NCBI GenBank assembly: GCA_028534125.1
Contig: CM052818.1
Span: 36,830,001-36,894,000 of the forward strand
Length of the DNA stretch: 64,000 nucleotides
DNA from: Lama glama
Taxonomy: Eukaryota
Reading direction: 5' to 3'
The translations under genes and the position numbers were made by a program. The notes under the pieces are model-generated. The model made no database searches, was not told the DNA's origin, and was given only the letters and a program-made list of their open reading frames with translations. Positions 25,416 through 37,680 of this stretch are shown one piece after another; the stretch's first letter is position 1; the number at the start of each line of letters is the position of its first letter.

Positions 25416-28400
25416 GGTTTGTGGCTCAGGGAAGTTAGTATGAAACTAAATCAGGCTTCAAGTCAATGTTTCAATGGGACCAAACCCCGCTCCAGAGGAA
25501 GGCGGCGAGAGGGCTTGTAAAAGTTTTGGGAGGTCTGACTGTCTTCCTTTATTTCATCAGGAGTCTCTTTCCACAGGTTGGTGACAGGTAATCAAGGAGG
25601 TCTTCGAAAATTAACCTAGTGCCGCAAAGGACAATGTCCTTACTCTGGATCTTAGTGTCTGACCAGTGTGTCCAGTTCTGATTTGGTTGGTGGGTAGGAG
25701 AGATGGTGGCAGGGGCAATAGAGATTGAAAATGTAGCAGAGAACAGAGAAATGCCTTGGAACCTTAAACTGCGGAAATGGAGTCAGGCCTGCATAGACAC
25801 CCCAATATACAACTTCCCACACTATTCCACCCCAGCTCCTCCCCTCTAGAAAACCACTCAGAGGCTGGCCACTGCCACGGCACAGGCAGACGACACGGCA
25901 GGGACAGCAGCTGAAAGTCACAGCTGCTTAAGCCCAGACGGGAGCATAGCCTGTATAGCACAAAACATGGGCTCCGAGGGCGAGCCACAGACCTGAGAAA
26001 GTGCCGCAGAGACAGAGTCAGGCTGGGCGCAGACTCGGGCACAGAGACCTGGTCACGGATACCACAAGGTGGACCCTGAGCCACGGTTACAGGCACAGAG
26101 AGAGTCCCTCAACCCACAGACGGATGGGCGTGGTCACAAACATGTGGCGTGAAGACTGAGACCAAATCCCAGGTGCTTGATCGCAGAGGGGGCCTGGCCC
26201 AGCAGCAGGCAGCAGACTTCGCTGCCAGAAGGGGCGCAGGCAGAGGGACAAAGACAGTGGTAGGAAGCTGGATGGGGAGTGGAGTTTCCTCGTTGCTCTT
26301 GAATTGTCAGCCGAGGAAGAGGGGCTGAGTACCCTGCATGCTAAAGATAGAATCTGCCAACAGTGGAGACCAGACATCTATCCCCCAAGTCAGGACTCTC
26401 ACCTGACCCTCCGCCTCCAGCTTCCTTTTCCGTGAAAGAAGGTACACAGGGAGAAAGGGGCCCCTGCTCAGGTTGACAGCGGTGCAGAATTTGTGACGGG
26501 AAGTTGGTGACAGCTTCCCTTCTGCTGCCTGCTCCCTCCCCCAAATCACGTGAGAGTGTTCCATTGGGTGATTTGGGAACACTGGTATCCTGGTCATCAG
26601 GAGTCAGGACTGTGGAGGGAGTAGCAGAGATCTTCGGAGAACCTGACCCTTTGAGTTTCAGGGTCCTCCTGACCATAGTTGCTGATGCCTGCTTGTCCAC
26701 TGGAGATTTTTGAAATCAGGGGGTTCAAAGGAGGGACCTGGGGAGACTGCCTATGAAGAAGGGGATGAAATGGGGGCTTGTGCCTTTGGGTTTTCTGAGG
26801 ACCAGAAAGGAGGCCTCATTGGTGCCTGTGGTTCCCTGGGAAAGAGCATGGAGACTGGGGTGCAGGAGCCACAGGCAGCCCAGGTGGCTGCTGCTATGAC
26901 TCATTGATGCCCTTTGAGGGGCTGTTGGGTGCGGACTGCTGATGGGGCCAAATGGAGCTGTCCTCAGTGATGGAGGGAGCTGTGGTGACACTGGTCACAC
27001 ACCCGAGGAAGCTGCAGACAGATCTACCCAACATGTATTACAGCCACAACCAGTGACCAAGGAAACCAGATGGAGCCAGGGTGAAATCAGGGACCCCACC
27101 ACCACACAACCACACCACCACACCACCACAGGTGACCAATCATGCAAGAGGAGACACCTGCTGTCTTTCCCATCTCCCCTCCTGACTTCTGTTTCCAAAC
27201 AGGAGATGAAAGGAGGCGGGAGGGAGAAGCTGGTGCTCTCTCATATCCTGGTCCCACCAGCCCGTCTGTTCTGGGTTTAAATCAGGAATACCCATGGGCT
27301 GAACCAGACTTCCAATAACTGAGAATCACTGCAGAGCAGTGGGATCCACTCAAGATGTCATTAAATGACAGAGAAGGGTTTTGACAGAGCATGGTTGAAG
27401 GCAGTGATGGCAAAAATAAAGCACTTGTGTGATAAGACATTACCGAATGGAGACTGCTCAGTAGCTCGTGTGCGGACTGGGTGAAGTGCCTCGATACAGC
27501 CACACTGCTTGTTCACGGAGGGCATCTGCTCTGACTGGGTGGTGCTGGACTAGTCCTTAAGTATTCTGAATATCAGGTGTAATCACAATGGCAGGAAACA
27601 TTCACCAATCAGAAATGACCACAGGTACAATCCAACAATCATAATTCTAGGAACAGGCAGTAATTATGCACAGACGTAGCTCTGGACCTGGGAAGTCAGG
27701 GGAAAGATCTCAGATATGATCAGTCTTGGACAGTTCTGATCAGGCACAGGCTCGACCCAGTGATGCAAAGCAAGGAGGCACTGTCCAGGGCAGGGATCGG
27801 GGTGCGGACAGGTGCGCACAGACAGGCCCGCTGTCATGGAAGAACAGCAGGAACAAAGCCTCAAATGCTGACACGCAAGGGCACCGTCTCAGACACGGAA
27901 ACCACACTGCTCTCAGCCTTCCCTGCCTGATGCTGTCGGGGGATGATATTTCAGAGGGAAGAGTCTGTTTATGTTTCGGGGAATAACAAAGGACACCCCG
28001 TGCTTTAAAGTTCGCCTCTTGTTTCTGGCTCCCTGGCTGCATTCAGTCTCCTGGAAGCTGTCACGTTTCCCGCAGCAGGTATGGCAGCGTGGAGATTGCA
28101 GAGACAAGCAGTCATGGGCGGTAGACGCTTTCTGGAGGGGCAGGGGGCCGAGGTAAGACACGGGGGAGGACTTCTGTCTGTGGTTACTTCCGGTGTCGGG
28201 TGTGCTCAGGCTTGTGTGAGCAGGCTGCTGGTGGGTGGGTGATGGAGAGCTCTCAGACAGAAAGCCACCGTGCTAAAGCGGCTTCTCTAAGGAGGCCCCG
28301 TCCTTGGCTTTGCTCAGCCTGGGAACAGTGTCCTGAAATGATGGCAGGGCTCACTCCAACCACACGTTTGTCAACAGCAGTGTGTGGAGGAGTAGTCTCA

Positions 28401-29857
28401 ATGAAGTTATTAATAGAGCTGGGCTGAGAAGAATGCAATGAGAAAGATCTAGAAATGGTGGCCAGACAGGGCATATAAGCACGCTTAGTACAACAACTAC
28501 TATCACAGTGGGTTCCGTCACTCCTTGGTAATTCCTTCTCACCTAGACAGTTATCTCTGCCCTGGTTCAGTTCAGTCTCTTCATTTCTCCTGGGTGTCTC
28601 TGGCTGTTCTCACCCGATCAGCTCTGGATTTCAGAGTTTTGACCTGGAGAAAACTCTTTGTTCCTGCTTCTGCGCTGGCTCAGAGATCTTTAATGGGCTA
28701 AATCTTTGTCATTAACATTGCTGAGCAGCTGGACATCCCTTGAGTCCCCTCTGCATGAGGTTGTGATCTGACTTCTTCAGAACTGGACAGTGGCTTCTTT
28801 GCCTATTGGCTTGCAAACACCTGAAAGCTCTGTGTTCACTGAGTAAATGTCTACACGTGAGCTATTGATGGCGGTTCAGGGTTTCAGAGTATTCCTCCTT
28901 TGGCAGACGTGGTCATTGTAGCAATTGTTGTGTACACCACTGAATGTTTTCACTAGCACCAAACAGTCAAAGATTTCCACTTCCAGTATTACCTGCATGT
29001 CTGCTGGGGTTTATCTGTGGATCTGTGACCCCAGCTTCTCAGAATCTCCATTACACACCCTTAGGTCATGGCCATGACTTGCAGTGAAATCCAGGGAAAT
29101 GTATGGCTACTTCTGCTTTTCTGGTATATTGGTCAGCTCCTCGATTTGCTAGGGATTCCCAGAGGATAGTTTTCTCTCTCTAAACTAGCTTTGTAAGCCT
29201 GAACTGTGCCCTTTGAGCCAGAGTTATTGTAGGGAACCAGAGAAACATTTATCCAGGCCAGATGTTTCTGCATGATTCTGAGTATTGGTGAGATGGTACA
29301 TGCCCTTGGGGTTGAGGGCTGCCACTGAAGGTGTGCCTGGGCTCTGGCAGGTTTTCTCAGGCATTTAAAGTGCTTAGAGAGAAGAAAGCCTTTGTTTATG
29401 GCCGAGATCACCGAAGCCTTACCAGTGTTACCTGTGAACCATATCTGTGCATTGGTGACATGACTAAGAGATATACCGTGGATAACAAAAGCCTGGAACT
29501 ACAAAAGCTGAAGCACCTAGATTACCTGTCCATCTTTGGCATCCCCGCTCCCTCCCCTTGCTTCTGGCACAGAACAAGGCAAGGTAGGCAAGGGAGAAGC
29601 TCAGAGATACTCGGAGATCCTGCTTTCTCTCTGAATCTCTTGTTAGAACCTCAATCTCTTTCTCCTCTTGGTTTCCAAGATGCTCCCTTGAGAAGTGCCC
29701 CAGACAATGCAACATTATTTATTATATTGATCGCCCATAACATCCCCCAAAGGCTCGATGGAGAGGGAAGAGACTGGTCCTAATGGCCCAATTAAGTTGA
29801 TTATCTCTGGCTCCTGATGTAATGTTTCTGTTGCAGACTCCGCAGCAAAAGAAAGGA

Positions 29858-29985
29858 GCCTGGTGTGGGGAAGGAGCGGGGATGGGGAATCTGGAGGCCA
29901 GAGTGTGGTTCTAGCTCTGCCATTAGCTCACTATGTGACCTTGGGTAGAATTTTACTCCTCCTTCCTCTCCTAGTTCTAAAAACA
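29858..29985 (+). mobile_element. MIR fragment (5' half)
   Basis: ggttctagctctgccattagctcactatgtgaccttgggta. Confidence 0.65.
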
Positions 29986-30205
29986 ATAAAGAGCATTTAT
30001 TGAGTTATGGGGCAGTGTGCTAAATGCATTATATGAATCATCTCATTGAAATCTCCCAACAAACCTAGGAAGTAGATACTATTATTATACCAAGGTGAGG
30101 AAACTGAGGCTCAGAAACATTAAGTGACTTGCCTAAGTTCTGATCTCTGGGAAACCAGAGGCTGGGTTTCAACATAAGATGTGTGAGTTTAGAGTCTACC
30201 CTCTG
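29986..30205 (-). mobile_element. MIR SINE
   Basis: catttattgag...gtgctaaatgc...gtagatactattattat...tgaggaaactgaggctcaga...ttaagtgacttgcctaag. Confidence 0.9.
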
Positions 30206-30773
30206 AAGCCCTCTGCTCTCCTGCACCTTCAGCCATCCTAAGGAGACCTGCTAAACAGGTGGGAGAGGTAGCTCTTGCTGCCAATCTTGATGCTATTCCA
30301 GCCACTCCTGCTCTCTGCGTCGGGTCCATGAACATCGCAAAGACCCATCCCATCTTGGGTCTTGTAGTTAAGAGACTCCAGCTAGCCCTTACAATGTGCT
30401 GCTGGAATTCAGAATCCACTTGCATGTATATTATATTTGTACTTATAGCTCTTTAATAAATATAATATGGACATGTATAAACGTATTTTTACTATTTGGT
30501 AAGACTGGTGCCCCTCATTGTGTCTCTTGCCTTTCGTTTTCTACCTTTTGTGCTCTCGCCTGCCTAGCAGGGGCTGCCACCTTGGACCAGCCCCCAGGGA
30601 GCCTCACTGGAGCTGAAATGGATCTTGTTTGCAGTGGTGGCTACTTGACATAATGAGATGGATGTTTGTGGAGCATCACTGGAGGCCGTGCAGAAGAAGT
30701 TTGGAATGAGGAGAGTGAGAATGGAGAAGAAGGCGGGAGATATATTCGAGGTTCGAGGTAGAACCTCAAAGAT

Positions 30774-31010
30774 GTTATTTTAATTTAATTTTATTTGTTT
30801 CCTCTGGTAGTTTTATGTATTCTATTTTTACATTTATTTTTTAAAAATTTAATACAATTTCTACAGCTCTCTTTCCATTTATAGTTATTACAAAATACTG
30901 GCTATGTTCCCCATGTTGCACAATGCATCCTACACCCAGTAGCTTATACCTTGTATTCCCCAGCTCCCATATTGCCCCTCTCCCCTCTCCTCACTGGTAA
31001 CCACTAGTTT
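30774..31010 (-). mobile_element. 5'-truncated cetartiodactyl-type L1 3' end with ~14 bp TSD
   Basis: T-rich tail then tttccatttatagttattacaaaatactggctatgttccccatgttg...ctggtaaccactagttt; flanked by agaacctcaaagat (30760-30773) and agaaccttgaagat (31011-31024). Confidence 0.85.
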
Positions 31011-31451
31011 AGAACCTTGAAGATTTTAACCAGAGACTTATCAGCTGTCAGGCGCTCAGCCCCCTTCTGGACCTCGCTCACTGTCGGTTTGACTTGACTT
31101 TGGATTCTGGGAGCCTACAGTTTTCCATCCCGGCCCCCTTTTCCTTCTCTCCCACCTCATTTGTTGGCTTGAGCACCAGAAGCCCAATCCAGGTGTGCCC
31201 GGCCTGGGACGGTGCTCGTGTTGGAATTTCTGGCATGCTCTGTGTTTGCCCTTTCACTTCATCCTGCTGTAGTATTAGTGCCTCTTGAATTCAGCATGCA
31301 CATTTAAGGGTGGCCTCTCAAACTGAACGAGAGCCCTGAGCGCCCCTGGGGACTGGTGGCTGCTGTGGCAGTCCCAGCTCTGGAGCCCAGGGCTCTGTGG
31401 GGGGAGAGAGCGGGCGCTTTGTCCCTGTCCCGGAGCCTGGGGGGTGAGACC

Positions 31452-31679
31452 AAGGGCTGCCAGGTGCGCTCTAATGATTGTTTTCACTGAAGAATTTTGG
31501 ACTCCGTGCTATACAATTTTCATCCTTTTTGCAAAATGGATGATAATTTGAGTCTGTCTTGACTGCCAGTTTTGCATTGCTAATATTGGTGGGAGGAGGA
31601 TTTTCGCCCAAGTTCTCTTAAAATATGAGAATTTCAGTCCAAAATATGTGAATTTTTAATTGCAATTCTGGCAGCCCTG
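31452..31679. mobile_element. hAT-type MITE, ~228 bp, with terminal inverted repeats (possibly MamRep1879-like)
   Basis: Left aagggctgccag and right ctggcagccctg are 11/12 inverted; AT-rich interior; family label from memory only. Confidence 0.65.
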
Positions 31680-32799
31680 GGTGGGTTTTGTGTGCAGCAT
31701 CTGTTCCTTCCTCCACGCTCCTCCTGCAGTCTCTGCCTTGCATCCCTTTTCCTTTCAAGCTTTTCCTGGCCTGGAGCTGCCCCCTGATTTTCCTCCCCCT
31801 CAGCAGCCCTGACCCAGCTCTTCCTCCTGCCCTGGGGCGTGGTCAACATCTTTGCATCACCACTCTTGCCCTCACAAATGCTATTTTCCGGGGGCTCTTA
31901 ACCAAGTTACCCACATTTATTTGGGTTTGGAACCTGGCCTCCCAGGCGGGGTCTTGGCCCTTGCCCCAGCCTTGTGGTTCTGTGTGAAATCTCATTGCTG
32001 TCATTTCGGCCATTTTCCTGGTTGAGAAACTGGGTGGTGGATGCGTTCAGATGCCATTTCTTCGTCATGTTTGCACTGCAAGGGCAGCAACTGTTAAAGA
32101 AACAGTTGCCCCTCTTCTCCTGTGATCCTGCCCAGCCCACCAGTGATCAAACACGACCTGTGCTGGTGCTGCCAGAAGCCTGAAAATGTATGGTTTTCCC
32201 CAAGCTCCTTGGCTTTACACAGCAACGCGGTTTGACATTTAAAATTAATCTACGCGGTAAAGTTATTAACGTTTGAATGTTAGCACTGGAATATCCACAG
32301 TGACCTCTCCTCCCACGCTGGTGTTTGTTTGATAAGGATTCCCAAGCTGTGTCAGAGCTGAGAGCAACACAGTCCACTTGCTTTTTATTACTTTGGATAC
32401 TGGGCCTCGCCTGGGGAGATCTCCAAGCGCTCTGTAGGAGCGCTCCGATTTCTCCAGGCGGTAGATGAAAGAGCGGGGAGCCAGCTATAGCAAATGCCAA
32501 ATAGCCTCCTTCAACCTACAGAGACAATGAAGACCCAGAGAGAGGCCAACAGGATTTTTAATAGCTGCCGAGGGCCCATTGTTCTGAGGCCCTGGGGAAC
32601 ACAGATTCCCATGGTCTTGGGGCGTGAGCTCACACCCACACCTTTCTGTGTGTCCACGAGGGTGTACAATTGCACGTTGTGGTTACTGACCATCAGCTGG
32701 CCAATATCTATCCACAGTGATGAGAGGACGGACTGGTCCCCCTGTCTCTGCCTGTCTGCAGCATGGCTTAATGTACCTACATGTTAGTTTCTGGGTGAC

Positions 32800-33045
32800 C
32801 TAATATTGATGGAGTCATAAGAACTGACTTAGGGAATGTGTTCACAAACTTCTCTGGCAGGCATGATAGTCCAGGTAGGAAAGGCATTCCAGCAGGTGGA
32901 ACAGCATAAATAAAGAAACGGTGACAAAAAAGCAAGGGAAGTAAATGGCGAGGAAGTGATTTAGCTAGATCAAGGGTCTCTTTAGGGGAGCAATTACAAG
33001 ATGAGTCAGGTGGAGAGTTTTGCAAGAAACTTAATACCAGTGTAA
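32800..33045 (-). mobile_element. L2 fragment
   Basis: ggaaaggcattccagcaggtggaacagcat...agatgagtcagg. Confidence 0.6.
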
Positions 33046-34828
33046 GATGGTAGTGTCTTCGGGGCATTTGGAATTGGCAGAGGTCATGGTCAGATTGCAC
33101 TCTCTGAGGATTAATGCCACAGCAGATTGGAGGATGGACGGAGCAGGGCACCTATGTCTGCATATGGCTGCTGTCCACTGCAGCCAGCTATGTCTGGGTG
33201 ATTCTTGCCTGGAAATTTCTCCTTCCTAGTCTCCAAGCTCTTCCACCTCCTGCTTTTCCTCCTTCCTCTGTCACTCAGACTCCTTGTCCTTCTTCATCTG
33301 CTCAGACTTCCCCTTATAAAGTAGTATTCTCCAGGATTCTGATTAATAGCGTTCTTACTCTGCACACTCTCCACAGTGACTTCACACACTCTTACAGCCA
33401 CAGCGACCATCCAGGTGCCGTTAACATGCAGCACCCCATCTCCTGCCTGACTTTGCTCTGAGCACCAGTTCTCGGTACCCAACTGTACGGTTACCTCCAC
33501 CCCCTCGTGGAGCCTCACAGACAGGGATGCAGGATCCACACCCATGAGCCACCATGGAGGGCTCAGTATTTTACTTTATGCCAAACCTACTCTGGTTTTA
33601 GAAGATACCCCATCTTTGCTCCTCCTGTGTTGCATCCAGCATTTGTGAATGTCCCCTTTCTTTGTGGATCCTTACACTTGAGAGCATCTCTTGCATTTCT
33701 ACCACCATCTCTGTGTTCATATGCCTCCTGTCTCCCTGACACGCCACCCTTCCCTTGTAGCTCTGCCTGTAGACATCCTTTTTGGGCCCTAAACAGCTTC
33801 AAATGTCAGCTCCTCCAAGAAGCTGCTCCTTCATGTGATCTCTGTGCCTTTTACTGCTTTGTTTCAGTTGAGGGCTGGGTACGTGTGAATGAACTCTGCT
33901 CTCCCGCCCCTCTCACTTCTCCAGGGTGGGCATTGGCTAAGCTCCGTGGCAATATGGCCCTTCAGGGTACCGGGCCACACCCTGAATAGAAGGGGTGGGC
34001 CTTGTCCTAAGTGTTGTGTCTCCCAACCGTCATGATTCTGTAAGGCAAGACCGTCAGGGTGAATGGGACCCTTAGGTGGCTCACAGAGTGAGGGTAACTT
34101 TAGCCTTGGGTTGAGAGGACTAAGAAGGCTAAGAGGGTGGGAAGGAAGATGGCCCTGAGCTGGGAAGTAAGGAACTGTGGCGGGGCTTATGCACTCGGTG
34201 CGTCAGCTTGAATGGTTCGGAGTTTCTGCACCTGAGAGGGGGTTGGCCAGGGCGAGTCTGATTCCTCGGTGTGTGACCCTGAGGGCCTGAGGTTTCCCGC
34301 ACTCTGCTTCTGTATTTACCCCACTGTGTTCTGTCGTGTGCAGCAGAGACCTTGTGGACTCAAGTCGGTTTCAGCTGGGCTCAGAGAAGCCAAAGGGAGG
34401 GCTTGCTGCTCTGGTGACACCATAGCTTCTGGGGGCGGGGTGGTGTGTCCAGAGTGAGGCATCCCAGGGGAAGGCACAGGTGGTGGGTGGTCCAGGCCCC
34501 TTGCACCAGCCGCTTGCAAGGTCCTTGCTCAAACATGCGAAGTGCTAGGTGTTGTTTTTGGAAGAAGCTGACTCCCTTACAGCAGAATCCACGTGGGCTT
34601 CCTGAAGGTCAGGAGCTCAGTCTTTGTCGTCTTCACTGAGCCCACATCCTCTCTCCGAGCAGACCCAATACACACCTTTTATTTTCTTCTCATCTTTCCT
34701 TCCTCCTCTCTTTCTTCCACTACAAACACACACATTTATTGTGAGATGAATGTCATTTACCAGTTTGAAAATGACGGTTCGGGGAGAAATGGAAGTCTCT
34801 GTCTGTACTTTTGCAGTTGATGACTGCA

Positions 34829-34835
34829 TGTGTGT

Positions 34836-34872
<37 letters not shown>

Positions 34873-34886
34873 TGTGTGTCTGTGTG
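34829..34886. repeat. (TG)n microsatellite with TC interruptions
   Basis: About 58 bp TG run read directly. Confidence 0.95.
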
Positions 34887-36447
34887 AATGTGAAGGAGGG
34901 GGAGCAGGAAAGAGGAGCCTTAGAGGTGAGTTTAATGGCCGGTGGGAGGAGCAAAGCCTCCTCTGGACCACAGCAACCTTCACCACCCAGTTTCCTCCAG
35001 TCCTTTAGACACGTTCCGGCCCTTGGCCAGGGTCTGTGTTTCTGGTCTGTGATCCTGATTCAGCCGTGGGGCTGCTGTGGGGAGGAAGGTGACTTTGGGA
35101 GGGAGACGGCGCTTCTGCTCCCTCTTTCCATCAAGTCTTCCTTTCCTTCCAAACGTGATTGGCCTCTGTCCAGCGACAGGCTAGAAGCATTCTCCAGGTG
35201 AGGAGAAGTGATTTCCTTGACCCTCCTCCTTCCCTCAGTCCCAAGCTATGTAAATGGCAAGGCCCACCCACCCTCTGGAAAAAAAAGGCACTCAACTATG
35301 AGGAAACATTCCTATCCATTTTCATGCTGCTCTGGAAAATGTTCAGTCAAAATAGCTTTAAGGCTTGAATACTTAAGGCTTAAGATTTCTCTTCTGGTGC
35401 TGTGACTGAAGAGCACAGAATCCCATTTTGTATGAAGATAAAATTATTCGAGTTATTATATAAAATATATAACACTCAAGATACATATTTATTTATGTAC
35501 CTACACAGAAACACACCAAAAGGCAGCAAGATCTAGAATCTACATTTTGTCAGCCATCGGGGGGCTCTGTGAGGTTCTGCAGCATGTGACTTGGAGAAAG
35601 ACTTAGTTTCCATTTTAGGCCTTGTCACCAATCTGGTGACTGGTTTAATTTTGAAGTTGCCTTTCAAAATGTGAGCTAGTTTTTATACCATACTTGTTTA
35701 TTTATTTACGTGGTGAGGGAGCAGTGGGGAATATGGGAAGCGCTGTGAATCCATGCATTTGTAGCCTGGCATGGGGATGTGTTAATTAGTTATTTAATAT
35801 GGCTACAGTTCTTTCCCAAGGAAAAAAAAATCCACAAACACAACAAGTAATTGCTATTAATCTTAATTATTATAATAACCTTCCTATAAACAATAACGGT
35901 CTGGCTACCTTATCACGTGTTGATTTCATTACTGACAAGAGAGATCTTTAAACTCTCATGATAAATTAATGCTTTTGCCATTAGCTTCAGTATGTTGGCC
36001 ATGGGGAAGAAAAATGATTGCTCAGTTTACAAAGCTGTTGAAAAAAATTTTTCTGCTCCAGCTCTCATATTCTAGATTTCTCATCTTAATATAATTCTTG
36101 ATTTTTTATTTCCTTTTCTCCAAGCCTCTTCCCAATTTTGACTGTCTCTGTGTAAATGACTGTTGTTTCTTCCTTGCTCAGATTGATCGCATGTGTCTGC
36201 TTTGGAACAATGTTTACAAGAATCCTCAAAGGATTTAGTGATTGGTCTCAGTGGTATAAGTGCCTGTTTTGTTGATGTTTTTCTCTTTTTTCGCCTCAGG
36301 TCACAGTAGATCATGCTTAGCCTTGTCTTAAATAATAAGGGGATGTGTTTATCTGGCATCTACAGATTTATTGTGAGCAGAGAGGTTAAGATACTTGCCC
36401 TGAGATACCCAGTGAATGAGTTATAGAAACAGGACCAGAATGTACCT

Positions 36448-36860
36448 ATGTATGGGTTGCCAAATGCTGGATCCCAGAAGATCACCACGACAACCTGTAG
36501 GTAAGTGAAGGAAGCTGAGTTTATTGCTCACTGTGGTAGGAGGGCACCAGCTTGAGTCTAGTTGCATCTCACTGGGGCAAGAGCAAAGTTGGAATATTTA
36601 CTGAGAATTTCAAGTCTGGTTTGAGGTGGACCTTTGAAGGCAGAAGCTTGATAAGGACCAGGTAAGAATCATGATTTAATGGTTTAGGATTGGTGGACAC
36701 ACCAAGGTGACGAGTTTGAGAGATGGGTTCAAAGGGTCTTGGGGGATAAAGTGCTGTGTGATGCTTTCTATTTAAGAGTTGAGTTTTGAACAACTCATAC
36801 CTTCCTGAGCAAGATTCTCCTAGAAAAGTGAAGTCAAGTTAATGTTGGCAGAATTGTGTG
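36448..36860 (-). mobile_element. ERV-class LTR fragment, family unresolved
   Basis: Begins tgta; reversed polyA signal gagtttattgctcac about 70 bp in; LTR-like composition; lies next to a MIR fragment (36365-36440). Confidence 0.5.
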
Positions 36861-37236
36861 GATGTTTTGATTCTTAGCATGTGTGTATTGAGTTATTGAA
36901 GCATTAATTATTTTTATTCATCTTTAGATGTTTGTGGATTCTGTGCTTGCACCACCATTGGCTACAGTCTGGTTCACACCAGCTGTTTCATATTCACTGT
37001 CGTAGTCAGTGAATTCCCCCTCCCCAATCTGAAAGATACCAAACACTCTGAAATAGAAACAGAAACTTCAGGCCCCGTTGACTTTGAGCCATCAAGTCAA
37101 ATTTGACTTTCGCAGAAATACTTTCCTGTGTGAGTGAAAGCTAGAGTTACCCTAGCTGAAATTACTCCCGGATACCCTGTCTCTTTGGACTCGGAGAAAC
37201 TCATGAAGGATGCTTGGGTATTTTCAACCTTTGAAC

Positions 37237-37680
37237 CGGTGGTCCTCAACCAGTATGCCCTAGTACCCTAAAGAGAGACTTATGAACCCTTACAGATGAG
37301 TAGCCAGAATATTGAGCAGTGCATAAGGTGAACTTTTTTAAAACAACCCACTCTGGTAGGGCTTGGACTGGAATGTTGAGCTGAATGGAATGGGTGACAC
37401 AGTATAGAGATGATAGAATATGTTGCAAGAATGATGGCATCATGACACATCCATGCCATAGGGCAATCACATGTTCATTGCAAAAGCCAAGTACTTTGCC
37501 TCCTTCATATGTAATAGATCAAGTAAATCATCCCACTTAGGCAGTGACACGGTGCTGAAATGAGTAGTGTGACAATTTGCATGGAATGTATTCCCTTTAA
37601 GTGCATTGGCAAAAATTCTAACATTTGAAAATATGCCTAAACACAGAAATGAGAGAACACTATTCAAATAGCTTACTAAT
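37237..37680. mobile_element. Possible hAT-Charlie fragment
   Basis: Starts cggtggtcctcaacc, resembling the Charlie TIR cagtggttctcaac; interior not identified. Confidence 0.3.

Noticed and set aside
34753..35201. CV/HT dipeptide-repeat ORFs
   Set aside because: Translations of the (TG)n microsatellite.
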